Source: Patescibacteria group bacterium | Lineage (GTDB): Bacteria; Patescibacteriota; Microgenomatia; UBA12405; JAHJSD01 | DNA: 40,440 bases | Assembly (NCBI GenBank): GCA_018830585.1 | Contig: JAHJSD010000024.1 | Span: 1 to 40,440 of the forward strand | Direction: 5' to 3' | Part shown: positions 26,321-34,583 of the stretch, piece after piece | Layout of the letters: each line of letters opens with the position of its first letter | Position numbering within the stretch: position 1 is the first letter of the stretch | The notes under the pieces: model-generated | Databases searched by the model: none | The model's input: only the letters and a program-made list of their open reading frames with translations | Told to the model about the DNA's origin: nothing | Position numbers and translations under genes: made by a program

Positions 26321-26873
26321 CGTCTCCCTCCTTGAAACTGATTAAAAACTGTACTTTCATGCCGGCAATACCCTGCTCTCTCTCAACAGTGCCAATTCTG
26401 ACTTTATTGATAGTTTCTTTTGCAAGGAGTCTATCTACAAAAGCGGCCAAACTGGACTCCGAAGAAATGGTTGTCGATAAAGAAACTTCCTGTCCCTCTA
26501 TGTTTTCACTAAAACTATAGTTTGAAACTAAAATATCCGGCGGCAGGCTTTCAACTATCAAGTCAAGGGGAGATAGAGGCTGAATATCCTTTTTCAAAAA
26601 GCGGTCAACTGAGGACAATCTTGATTGAAAAAGACGGAACTCCTCTTCAAAATCGTTGATACTGGAAATTATCGCCTGACGCTGTCTGATTTCTTCGGAA
26701 AGGTCCGAATCTTTTCTATCAAGCCAAAACCGGGACAAAAAAGCTCCGATAACAATCAGCTCGGTGAAAACTACAATATACCTGCCTGTCGATAAAATCC
26801 AATTAACTAACTTTCCCAAAATCGTTCCCTGGAGTGCCGTTCTCGGTAGTAAAGAAACATCCCTCTCTGTCAT
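26313..26873 (-). CDS. PilN-like bitopic membrane protein (putative)
   Basis: 186 aa. N-terminal VSLLPR resembles the conserved PilN INLLP motif. One TM (YIVVFTELIVIGAFL), a coiled coil, then a C-domain. Confidence 0.55.
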   Translation of the reverse strand: MTERDVSLLPRTALQGTILGKLVNWILSTGRYIVVFTELIVIGAFLSRFWLDRKDSDLSEEIRQRQAIISSINDFEEEFRLFQSRLSSVDRFLKKDIQPLSPLDLIVESLPPDILVSNYSFSENIEGQEVSLSTTISSESSLAAFVDRLLAKETINKVRIGTVEREQGIAGMKVQFLISFKEGDDA

Positions 26874-27003
26874 TTTATTCAGTATATTAAAGTTAGAATG
26901 TTATGTAAACCCCCTGTTTGAAAGAGGAAGACTGTTGGTTCTTTAACGATAGAAATGGAGCCGAAATATTATGGAGCCCCACAGGTACCTCGTCCTTCCG
27001 TAG

Positions 27004-27086
27004 CCCTGCCTGCCGGTTTACCTGTCTGCCGACAGGCAGGCCCGCCGAAATGGAGGGCAGGCAGGTTTTCTTGGTTCATGTATAAG
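27004..27086. repeat. Family B palindrome cluster fused to Family C copy 4
   Basis: ccctgcctgccggtttacctgtctgccgacaggcaggcccgccgaaatggagggcaggcagg followed directly by ttttcttggttcatgtataag. Confidence 0.8.
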
Positions 27087-27278
27087 TTGATCACTCATTT
27101 ACGTCGATCAATGTAAATAAGTGACTCACTACAGGAAGCCGCGTCAACGCCAGTCCGGCCGAGGTAACCGGAACTATCCGGATAAGAGCCTTCCGGCCGG
27201 ATGTGTCTAAAATTGGTTGCGCCGAATCGAAAAAAACGGGCAAGGCAAAAATAATTGCCAAAGCGGGTTAATCGGATT

Positions 27279-28934
27279 TTATTCCGGATTCGGAGGCAAC
27301 TCCACTAATGGAGGGGCCGATTTCGGCCAGACAAAAAGGCTGTTCATTAATTTAAGCATCTTTCCCGCCTCTTTTATTTTTAAAAATAAAGAAAGGAGAA
27401 AGTAAGATAAAGAGCCCCCAAAAATACTCAGTCCAAAAAGAACCGCCAAACCGACTATCCTGCTGGTATCTAAAAAGCGCTGGTCAAGGCCTTTTAACAA
27501 AAACCAGGCAACCGCGCCGGAAAGGATACCGGCAAAAAGCATTTTAAAAAGGGGCAGAAATAAATCATTAATCAATCCCTCTATCTTTATCCGTCCGATC
27601 ATTATTAACATCAAAATAGACATCTGGGAAAAGCCGGCTACGGTGATCGCCAAGGCCAAGCCGGAAGTGCCGAAACCAAGAATAAAAGTGGTATACAAAG
27701 CAATTCCTGTGTTAACTACTAAAGAAAAAAGAGAAACAAAAAGCGGGGTTTTGGTGTCCTGAAGAGCGTAAAAACCCCGGATTAAGATATCGTTTATAGT
27801 ATTAAAAACTACTAAAGGGGCGAAAAAGGCCACCACTCTCCCTGTTGCCACCGTCGCTTTCCAGGGAAACTTCTCCGCTCCATAGGCAATTCTGACAATC
27901 GGCACTCTTAGAACTAAAAGCAGCGCTGCCGCAGGAAAAGCAAAATAAGCCGCCTGGAGCAAAGAAGAGAGGAGTGTTTGCCTAAACAAATCAAAACGCT
28001 TTGCTCCGACTTCCTTGGAAAGAACAGGCAGAGAAGCCTGACCAATGGTAGTACCGAAAATCCTCGAGGAAAAATGTGTCAGTCTCTGGGCCAGATAGAA
28101 TAAAGATAAAGATCCGGCAGGCAAGGAAGTGGCCAGAAAAAGGGCTACCGTTTCGCCTATCTCTCCTAACCCCAAAGCCAAGGTGCGGGGCAGCATCAAC
28201 CTAAGAATTTTTCTGACTCCGGGCAAATTAAAAGAAAGCAAAAAAGAATATTTAAAACCCAGCGCGCTCGATAGGGGCAATTGAACTAAAAGATGCAACG
28301 CCGCTCCGATAACTACACCCAAGGCCGGACCGAAAATTCCCAGCTTAGGCGATAAAAACAAAATCCCGAAAATAATTCCTAAATTATAGACAATTGGAGA
28401 GAGAGCTGGTATTAAAAAACGCTGGAAGCTTTGAAGGATCCCTGTCAAAAAGTTGCTCATTAAAAAAAACAGCTGAGACAGAACCATTAGTTTGGTCAGC
28501 TGACTCATCAAAAAAACCTGATAATTGCTAAAACCGGAGGTAATCAGATCGGAAAGGGGATAGGAAAAAACCACCAACAAAATGGAAAGGCCGAAAAAAA
28601 TCAAAAAAAGGGCGGTAATTACCGCCGAAGCGGTCTGATAGGCTCTGGTTTTGCTTTTTACTAACTGCTCACTGAAAACAGGGATAAATGCGGCCGATAG
28701 CGCCCCGGTGACCAAAAGCCTGAAAATTATGTCCGGTAAACGGAAAGCGGCGTTATAAGCGTCAAGCTGGTCAGCGCAGCAGGAATAGAACCTGGCATAA
28801 AGCAGGCGGTCTCTGAGGATGCCTAATAACGCCGAGGCGCCAAAAGCGGAGGCCAAAATAAGGGCGGCCGAAAAAATACTCGTTTGCCGCCGAGAAAAAA
28901 GTTTGGAACCGTTACCTACCAGCGCTTTAATCAT
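27279..28934 (-). CDS. murJ: Lipid II flippase MurJ (MviN family)
   Basis: 551 aa, about 14 TM helices. N-terminal SRRQTSIFSAALILASAFGASALLGILRDRLLYARF and overall MviN/MurJ-like pattern. Confidence 0.88.
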   Translation of the reverse strand: MIKALVGNGSKLFSRRQTSIFSAALILASAFGASALLGILRDRLLYARFYSCCADQLDAYNAAFRLPDIIFRLLVTGALSAAFIPVFSEQLVKSKTRAYQTASAVITALFLIFFGLSILLVVFSYPLSDLITSGFSNYQVFLMSQLTKLMVLSQLFFLMSNFLTGILQSFQRFLIPALSPIVYNLGIIFGILFLSPKLGIFGPALGVVIGAALHLLVQLPLSSALGFKYSFLLSFNLPGVRKILRLMLPRTLALGLGEIGETVALFLATSLPAGSLSLFYLAQRLTHFSSRIFGTTIGQASLPVLSKEVGAKRFDLFRQTLLSSLLQAAYFAFPAAALLLVLRVPIVRIAYGAEKFPWKATVATGRVVAFFAPLVVFNTINDILIRGFYALQDTKTPLFVSLFSLVVNTGIALYTTFILGFGTSGLALAITVAGFSQMSILMLIMIGRIKIEGLINDLFLPLFKMLFAGILSGAVAWFLLKGLDQRFLDTSRIVGLAVLFGLSIFGGSLSYFLLSLFLKIKEAGKMLKLMNSLFVWPKSAPPLVELPPNPE

Positions 28935-29016
28935 TTAAAAAACATTTCAAGTATAACAACTCCTTGCCAGCCCAACAACTAAATGCTAAAATCTGATGAA
29001 GTTTCTGACGAAATTC

Positions 29017-29139
29017 AATCAACTGGTTTCAAAACCCTTTACGCCATTGCGAGGAGTGTTAATGACGCGGCAATCTATCTTTAAAAACAAGATCGCCACA
29101 CTCGCTTCACTCGTTCGCGATCACTTTTGAAACAGGTTC
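29017..29139. mobile_element. Family D hairpin MITE, copy 1
   Basis: About 123 nt, nearly identical to 34383-34505. Termini ctggtttcaaaa / ttttgaaacagg. Internal arms gtcattgcgag..gcggcaatc / gatcgccac..tcgcgat(c/g)ac form a long imperfect palindrome. Confidence 0.8.
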
Positions 29140-29183
29140 TATCTTTAATTTTTCACTTTTAATTTTTAATTTAAATAGCTACT

Positions 29184-29507
29184 GTGCCAATTACTACATC
29201 AGCCAAAAAAGCGGTCAGAAGTTCGCGGAAAAAAGCCGTGGTAAACCGGAGATCAAAAACTATCGCCAAAAAAGCGGTCCGGGTTTTTAAAAAAACCCCC
29301 AATAAAGACAACCTTAAAAAGGTTTACTCCGCGATAGACAAATTGGTGAAAAAAAAGATTCTCCATCAAAACAAGGCCGGCCGGGTAAAAAGTAAATTAG
29401 CCAAAACGATAGCCCAAGAGCCAAAAAAAGCCGCTTCTGCCTCTCCTAAGAAAAAAGCGCCGGGAAAAAGGTCCTCCGGTGCTAAAAAAATGGCAAAAAA
29501 GAGTTGA
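29184..29507 (+). CDS. rpsT: 30S ribosomal protein S20 with a Lys-rich C-terminal extension
   Basis: PITTSAKKAVRSSRKKAVVNRRSK N-terminus and KILHQNKAGRVKSKL are typical of S20. GTG start. Confidence 0.9.
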   Translation: MPITTSAKKAVRSSRKKAVVNRRSKTIAKKAVRVFKKTPNKDNLKKVYSAIDKLVKKKILHQNKAGRVKSKLAKTIAQEPKKAASASPKKKAPGKRSSGAKKMAKKS

Positions 29508-29535
29508 AGGTTCTTTTGCCGAGTCCAGTTTGTCC

Positions 29536-30954
29536 GTGAACAAAAAAACTTTCTATATCACCACACCAATCTATTATGTTAACGATGTACCCCACATCGG
29601 TCACACTTCTACCACCATTTTTGCCGATATTATTGCCCGATATCATAAGGAATTAGGAAAAGAGGTTTTTTTTCTTACCGGCACCGACGAGCACGGAGCC
29701 AAAATCGCTCAGGCCGCCGAAAAAGCCGGTCTTTCGCCAAAGGAGTTCTGCGATTCAATTGCGCCCCGGTTTGAGAAAATTTGGAAAAGGCTAAATATCA
29801 GCAACGAATTCTTTATCAGAACCACCAACCCAAAGCACAAAAAAGTAGTTCAAGAACTGATTAATAAAATTTATCAAAAAGGAGATATTTATAAAAGCGT
29901 CTACCAAGGCCTTTACTGTATTGGTTGCGAAAAATTTTTGACCGAATCCGACTTGGAAAACGGTCATTGTCCGCTGCATCCTCCGGAGCAAACCGTTGAG
30001 CAGAAAGAAGAAAACTGGTTTTTTAAATTATCAAAATATATTCCTCAACTAATTAAGCTTATTGAAGATGACGATACCAATTACATTTTTCCTGAAGGCA
30101 AAAGACAAGAAGTATTATCAAAACTAAAAGCGGGTGTTCATGATATTTCTTTCTCCCGGGCTAATGTTAAATGGGGAATCCCTATTCTGTGGGATAAAAC
30201 TCAAACAATCTATGTTTGGGTGGACGCGCTGATTAACTATTATAGCGCCACTGTCTTTCTGCCCGGGAAAGAGAAATTCTGGCCGGCAAACATCCATCTT
30301 TTGGCTAAAGAGATTCTCTGGTTCCACACCGTTATCTGGCAGGCAATGTTAATGGCCGCCGGCTTGCCTTTACCCCATAAAACCTTTACTCACAGCTTTT
30401 ATATTATGGATGACAAGAAAATGTCCAAGTCTTTGGGGAATTTAATCAAACCGGAGGAAATGATTAAGCTATTTGGTATCGATGCCAGCCGTTACTTAGT
30501 GGCCAGTTCCCTGCCGTTAGAAAACGACACCAATGTCAGTATCGATCGGTTCAAACAAAAATATAACGCCGATTTGGCCAACGGATTAGGAAACCTGGTT
30601 TCCAGAACCGCCAAGCTATCCCAAAAAAACAATTTCAAGTTGAAAGGCGAATTTAAACCAAAGTTCATTAAAAAAGCCGCCGAAGCGCTCAATGCGCTTA
30701 ACCCGCCAAAAGCGCTGGAGGTGATCTGGAACGAATCCGAAAGTGGAGTCAGCGCCACCAACAAGCTTTTCAATGACAAAAAAATCTGGGAGCTTAAAGG
30801 AGAAAAATTAGAAAATGCTTTAGAAAAAGTAGTCGCCAACCTGCTCACCATTGCCTACAACCTTAAACCCTTTATGCCGAAAACCAGTAAAAAAATAGAG
30901 GCTACTTTCCTAAAAGGAGAAAAACTTGCTAAACCCTTGTTTCCAAGAATCTGA
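29536..30954 (+). CDS. metG: Methionyl-tRNA synthetase (short form)
   Basis: YITTPIYYVNDVPHIGH (HIGH), CxxC..CPLH zinc knuckle, KMSKS. The ORF opens at GTG 29479 overlapping rpsT. GTG 29536 (or TTG 29530) gives a more usual N-terminus; start uncertain. Confidence 0.93.
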   Translation: MNKKTFYITTPIYYVNDVPHIGHTSTTIFADIIARYHKELGKEVFFLTGTDEHGAKIAQAAEKAGLSPKEFCDSIAPRFEKIWKRLNISNEFFIRTTNPKHKKVVQELINKIYQKGDIYKSVYQGLYCIGCEKFLTESDLENGHCPLHPPEQTVEQKEENWFFKLSKYIPQLIKLIEDDDTNYIFPEGKRQEVLSKLKAGVHDISFSRANVKWGIPILWDKTQTIYVWVDALINYYSATVFLPGKEKFWPANIHLLAKEILWFHTVIWQAMLMAAGLPLPHKTFTHSFYIMDDKKMSKSLGNLIKPEEMIKLFGIDASRYLVASSLPLENDTNVSIDRFKQKYNADLANGLGNLVSRTAKLSQKNNFKLKGEFKPKFIKKAAEALNALNPPKALEVIWNESESGVSATNKLFNDKKIWELKGEKLENALEKVVANLLTIAYNLKPFMPKTSKKIEATFLKGEKLAKPLFPRI

Positions 30955-31147
30955 TCTTGACCAGTCTCCGGCCCTCCATTGATAGCGTGATAGAGCCAAT
31001 TTGGATAAGCTAAACGAGCATGTCTCGGCACTAATTAATGATAGTTTAATCAGGATTAGGCCGTCAATTAGGGATTTTGTATGTACGTCCCTGTTTATGT
31101 TTACTATTTAAGGCATCCGATGAGCTAAAATCTGGTAAAATATTCTT

Positions 31148-31576
31148 GTGTTAGTTAAATTTTTCAAAACAGGTCTCTTTAAGATAGTCCTTATAAACCT
31201 TCTGCTGGCTCTAATCGCTTTTATAATTACTTTACCCACTACTAATAAAGCAAAAGAACTTGCCCAAAAAATGGGGGTGAAATATTATGACCAAGAGTCT
31301 TTAAGAGAGGAGATAAAACTGCTTAGCCGAGAAGACATGTGTCTATCAAAAGTATATGAACCACTTAGAAAAAAACGCGATTTTTTCTCTTGCAGAAGTT
31401 CTGGCGGCGATCTTGGCCTTTATAGAAGATCAGCCATAAATATCCAAAGCAAGGATACCAATAAAGGAAGATTCTTTTGTTTTACCGTTTATAAAAAAGG
31501 GCAATGCGAAAGACTTGGAGGAGTTTTTTATCAACATTACAATCCCTGTTATTGTTTGGTTCCACATGATTTCTAA
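31148..31576 (+). CDS. Small signal-anchored Cys-rich protein (hypothetical)
   Basis: 142 aa, GTG start. N-terminal hydrophobic helix IVLINLLLALIAFIITL. 7 Cys in the predicted exported part. AT-rich compared with its flanks. Confidence 0.5.
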   Translation: MLVKFFKTGLFKIVLINLLLALIAFIITLPTTNKAKELAQKMGVKYYDQESLREEIKLLSREDMCLSKVYEPLRKKRDFFSCRSSGGDLGLYRRSAINIQSKDTNKGRFFCFTVYKKGQCERLGGVFYQHYNPCYCLVPHDF

Positions 31577-32036
31577 ACTACGATTTTTTGGTTTAGTGGT
31601 TCTTTTCTTTGTCGCTTTGCGCTGGGGACTCGTCTTTGCTCTAGATATCCCTCGAGAAATTGGTTTTATGGACTCAAGGTACAGTCATAATACCATTGTT
31701 TGGACCATCTTCAAGGCCATTTCTTTACTACTCTGGGGAAGTTTTTTTGGTTACAAGGTTATTGAAAATATTAAAAAATCGTCTAATAAATGGCTGCTAA
31801 TCGGGCTTGCTATATTTGCTATGGTGGGAACTTACTTTATGATCATGTTTATCGACATTCCTTTTAAGTTAGTATCTTGTATCGCTAATCGTAACCCTTA
31901 TTCGTGTTACTCAATTAGGCTGTCGGCAGGAGTGGACTGCAGGGGACTAGGGAGAGCAATAAGATCTCCTCTTTTAAGACTACTTGATCCTTTCGAAATG
32001 AGAATATTAATATTTGGAACCCATTGCGTTTTTTAA
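31566..32036 (+). CDS. Small polytopic membrane protein (hypothetical)
   Basis: About 156 aa counted from the ATG at 31566, which overlaps the upstream stop by 11 nt. At least 3 hydrophobic helices. The ORF is open from 31515. Confidence 0.5.
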   Translation: MISKLRFFGLVVLFFVALRWGLVFALDIPREIGFMDSRYSHNTIVWTIFKAISLLLWGSFFGYKVIENIKKSSNKWLLIGLAIFAMVGTYFMIMFIDIPFKLVSCIANRNPYSCYSIRLSAGVDCRGLGRAIRSPLLRLLDPFEMRILIFGTHCVF

Positions 32037-32226
32037 AGATTAGCTCTTAGATGACGGTAAAACCTCTCTTGTCAGCTGTCTATTTTTAAAATAGTCCAGT
32101 CTACTCAAGTCTCCCCTGCCCAAAACTACTTCTTTTACCCAATCCTTAGTGGTTCTATCAGTGTTGTACCAGGGGAGCAAGATAGGACGGGGCTATCTGA
32201 AAAGATGCGATCTTATTTCCCGATAA

Positions 32227-32602
32227 AATCCGAAAACGGAGTCGCCGCTACTAATAAACTTTTCAATGATAAGAAAATCTGGGAGCTGAAAGGAGAAAAT
32301 ACGAGTTTCGCACTTGCGCACTATAACTGTCATTACTAAGGAGCGCCAGCGACCGCGGCAATCTCGGTTCATTTGCCGCCAGATCGCCACGCTCTCCCGA
32401 TCGAATCGGGATCGCTCGCGATGACAGAAAGTGCGAAACTTATGGAGAAATTAGAAAATGCTTTAGAAAAAGTGGTTGGCAATCTGCTCACCATCGCCCA
32501 CAACCTAAAGCCGTTCATGCCGGAAACCAGTAGAAAAATAGAGGCTACTTTCCTAAAAGGAGAAAAACTCGCTAAGCCCTTGTTTCCAAGAATTTGATCT
32601 TG
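32227..32602 (+). pseudogene. Degenerate second copy of the metG 3' end, interrupted by a MITE
   Basis: Aligns with 30734-30959 (the last 73 or so codons of metG plus stop and 5 nt) with scattered substitutions. Split by the insertion at 32300-32443. Confidence 0.82.
32300..32443. mobile_element. Family D-related hairpin MITE inside the metG remnant
   Basis: 12-bp perfect terminal inverted repeats agtttcgcactt / aagtgcgaaact. ggagaaa is duplicated at both junctions (32292-32298 and 32444-32450). Internal gtcatt..gcggcaatc / gatcgccac..cgcgatgac arms resemble Family D. Confidence 0.75.
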
Positions 32603-32644
32603 TTCCAATTGATTTCTTCGGTTGCTGGCGTGCTATAATAAAGA

Positions 32645-33004
32645 ATGATCTCGGGGTTTTTGGACAGATTTTCGGAGGGAAGAAGATGGGCACAAGAGTA
32701 TGCATCGGCCGTTAAATTTCTTCAAACTGCTGACCAGCTAATGCTGATACAAGTTCGTTCTGTTGTGCACCCAGGTTATTACCGTGGGCTCGTTGCAGAA
32801 CTAAAGGCCCCATACCCGTTTGTCCAAGCCAGGGGCCAGTCAAGACTCACCAGAACAGTAATAATATTGAGAGCGGAAGGCGCAATTCCCCCAGCCAGGG
32901 AAACTTGTCAAGAAGCCAAAAAGATTGCTTCTCTGCCCGGAAGGAAACTAAGAGAAGAAGCGCTTCAGGCTTATCAAAGGAGATTAACCCCCCCCGTTCG
33001 GTAA
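32645..33004 (+). CDS. Hypothetical protein
   Basis: 119-codon ORF with no recognisable motif. Confidence 0.35.
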   Translation: MISGFLDRFSEGRRWAQEYASAVKFLQTADQLMLIQVRSVVHPGYYRGLVAELKAPYPFVQARGQSRLTRTVIILRAEGAIPPARETCQEAKKIASLPGRKLREEALQAYQRRLTPPVR

Positions 33005-33125
33005 AAAAGCCTAATAAACTTCCTTAGGCCTAATAGGCCAAAGTTTTCGCTATCTTGAATGAAATCCATCCTTTCAATCTTTAGGGCCTAAAAACCGCTA
33101 CTATTATGTTGTAATATTTATCAAG

Positions 33126-33893
33126 ATGACAGAAGAAGCAATGGGCGACGTTGGCCAAAGAATAATCGTCAATCCGGGCAATCTAAATCCCCGTGCAGCA
33201 GAGCCTCTTCCGATTGTAGTCGGAGAATCTTTTCCAGTTTCCAAGGAGGCGCAAAGACTGGTCGAGGCGGGGAGCCACGCTGATTATGGAATATTTTTTG
33301 ACCCTAAAAACCCGCTGGCGAAAAAGAGGGTAGGAGCTTTTTATGATGTTGAACAAAATAATGTGGTGATTATCGTTCCCATCCCAGGCGCAATTACTCA
33401 CGAAATCACCCACGCAAAAGTAAATAATCTCTCTTACGCGGACCAGTCACAATTAGTGCATGAAGTATTCGCAGACAAAGAAAAAGGCTTAGAGACTCTT
33501 TACCGACAACTGGCGAAAACCAGCCCCATTTATAAAATCTCTTTGGGCGGGGATAAAGATTACCTTGACCAACTAGACGCCCGCAGAGTTCAAACAGGCC
33601 ATGGTGCTTGCTACCGGGCAACATTTTCCGCCTGGCAAAATGACTCTTTGGTGCCGGTTTCTGCCATCGCCGTTATTGACGAGCTGCTTGCTTATAACAA
33701 TGATCCGGACGCGGCAATGACTTCGTTTGGAAAGACCGCCAGAGAAATAATCCAAAACTTAGAACCGGAAAAGAGAAGACAGCTAAAAGAAATGGACTTA
33801 ATCGGTTTCTCGCCAAAGAAAATAATTGAAATAATTAAAAAGCTCCTCCAAGCCAAAAGCGGCTCGGGAAAGCCAGAGATAAACTTACTTTAG
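33126..33893 (+). CDS. Hypothetical protein with an HExxH zincin-like motif
   Basis: 255 aa with no signal peptide. AITHEITHAKV, with a further HE 18 residues downstream (QLVHEVF). Metallopeptidase assignment is tentative. Confidence 0.5.
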   Translation: MTEEAMGDVGQRIIVNPGNLNPRAAEPLPIVVGESFPVSKEAQRLVEAGSHADYGIFFDPKNPLAKKRVGAFYDVEQNNVVIIVPIPGAITHEITHAKVNNLSYADQSQLVHEVFADKEKGLETLYRQLAKTSPIYKISLGGDKDYLDQLDARRVQTGHGACYRATFSAWQNDSLVPVSAIAVIDELLAYNNDPDAAMTSFGKTAREIIQNLEPEKRRQLKEMDLIGFSPKKIIEIIKKLLQAKSGSGKPEINLL

Positions 33894-34077
33894 AGACAGC
33901 CTCCGGCAGATTTAGCAGTGAGCTTATTGAATTGTTTAAGATTAAAGGCCCGTCGAAAATTTTTCCTGACTCTCCCCAGCCCTTTCGACGATAATTCGCT
34001 CGATTCTTCTCGATGTTACTCGAAGAATAAAGTCGGAGTCAACACTCCTTTCGGGATTGTCAAATTGCTGATTCCAC

Positions 34078-34119
34078 GGGGATTCTTCACCCGACGTAAC
34101 GTCGGGATCAGAATGACGG
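34078..34119. repeat. Family A repeat half
   Basis: ggggattcttcacccgacgtaacgtcgggatcagaatgacgg. Confidence 0.65.
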
Positions 34120-34249
34120 AGAAAGTGGGCTTTCGCTTTCTTGGAATAAATAGCCAAAAGTGAAGATGGTCGAATAGTCAGATCGTCAAATAGTCAGACT
34201 GTTGAATTGTTAAACCAATGTTTAACGAGTGGATAAAAATATTTACTGT

Positions 34250-34282
34250 TCGAGCCTGCCTGCCTGCCGGCAGGCAGGTCGA
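34250..34282. repeat. Family B palindrome
   Basis: cgagcctgcctgcctgccggcaggcaggtcgag. Confidence 0.8.
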
Positions 34283-34382
34283 GAACCATCCTTTAAACGA
34301 ATTCTTCTCGACTCGAGTTTACCCTGAGTTTACCGAAGGGCTCGAAGAATAACCGGTCTAAAATCGTAAATCATAAATCTTA

Positions 34383-34505
34383 AATCAACTGGTTTCAAAA
34401 CTCTTTACGTCATTGCGAGGAGTGTTAACGACGCGGCAATCTATCTTTAAAAACAAGATCGCCACACTCGCTTCACTCGTTCGCGATGACTTTTGAAACA
34501 GGCTC
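34383..34505. mobile_element. Family D hairpin MITE, copy 2
   Basis: Near-identical to 29017-29139 (a handful of substitutions). Confidence 0.8.
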
Positions 34506-34583
34506 AATGTTAGTGTTTAATTCAGGATCCCCTAACCGCTCTTTCTTGTTAGAAATTTTCCGGCAACATGCTAGACTGAATTA

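Noticed and set aside
27093-27124. 11-bp imperfect hairpin (cactcatttac / gtaaataagtg) as a murJ terminator
   Set aside because: It lies about 155 nt beyond the murJ stop and lacks a U-tract in the minus-strand orientation.
28991-29015. Second CUGAUGA...GAAA string (ctgatgaagtttctgacgaaa) as a hammerhead core
   Set aside because: No G10.1-C11.1-closed stem II can be drawn and no flanking stems I or III exist. The same applies to the CUGAUGA strings at 2075, 19469 and 19809.
29479-29535. GTG at 29479 as the metG start, overlapping rpsT by 29 nt
   Set aside because: The extra 19 residues (MLKKWQKRVEGSFAESSLS) precede the position where MetRS N-termini normally begin, a few residues before YITTPIYY. 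GTG 29536 or TTG 29530 is more plausible, though this remains unresolved.
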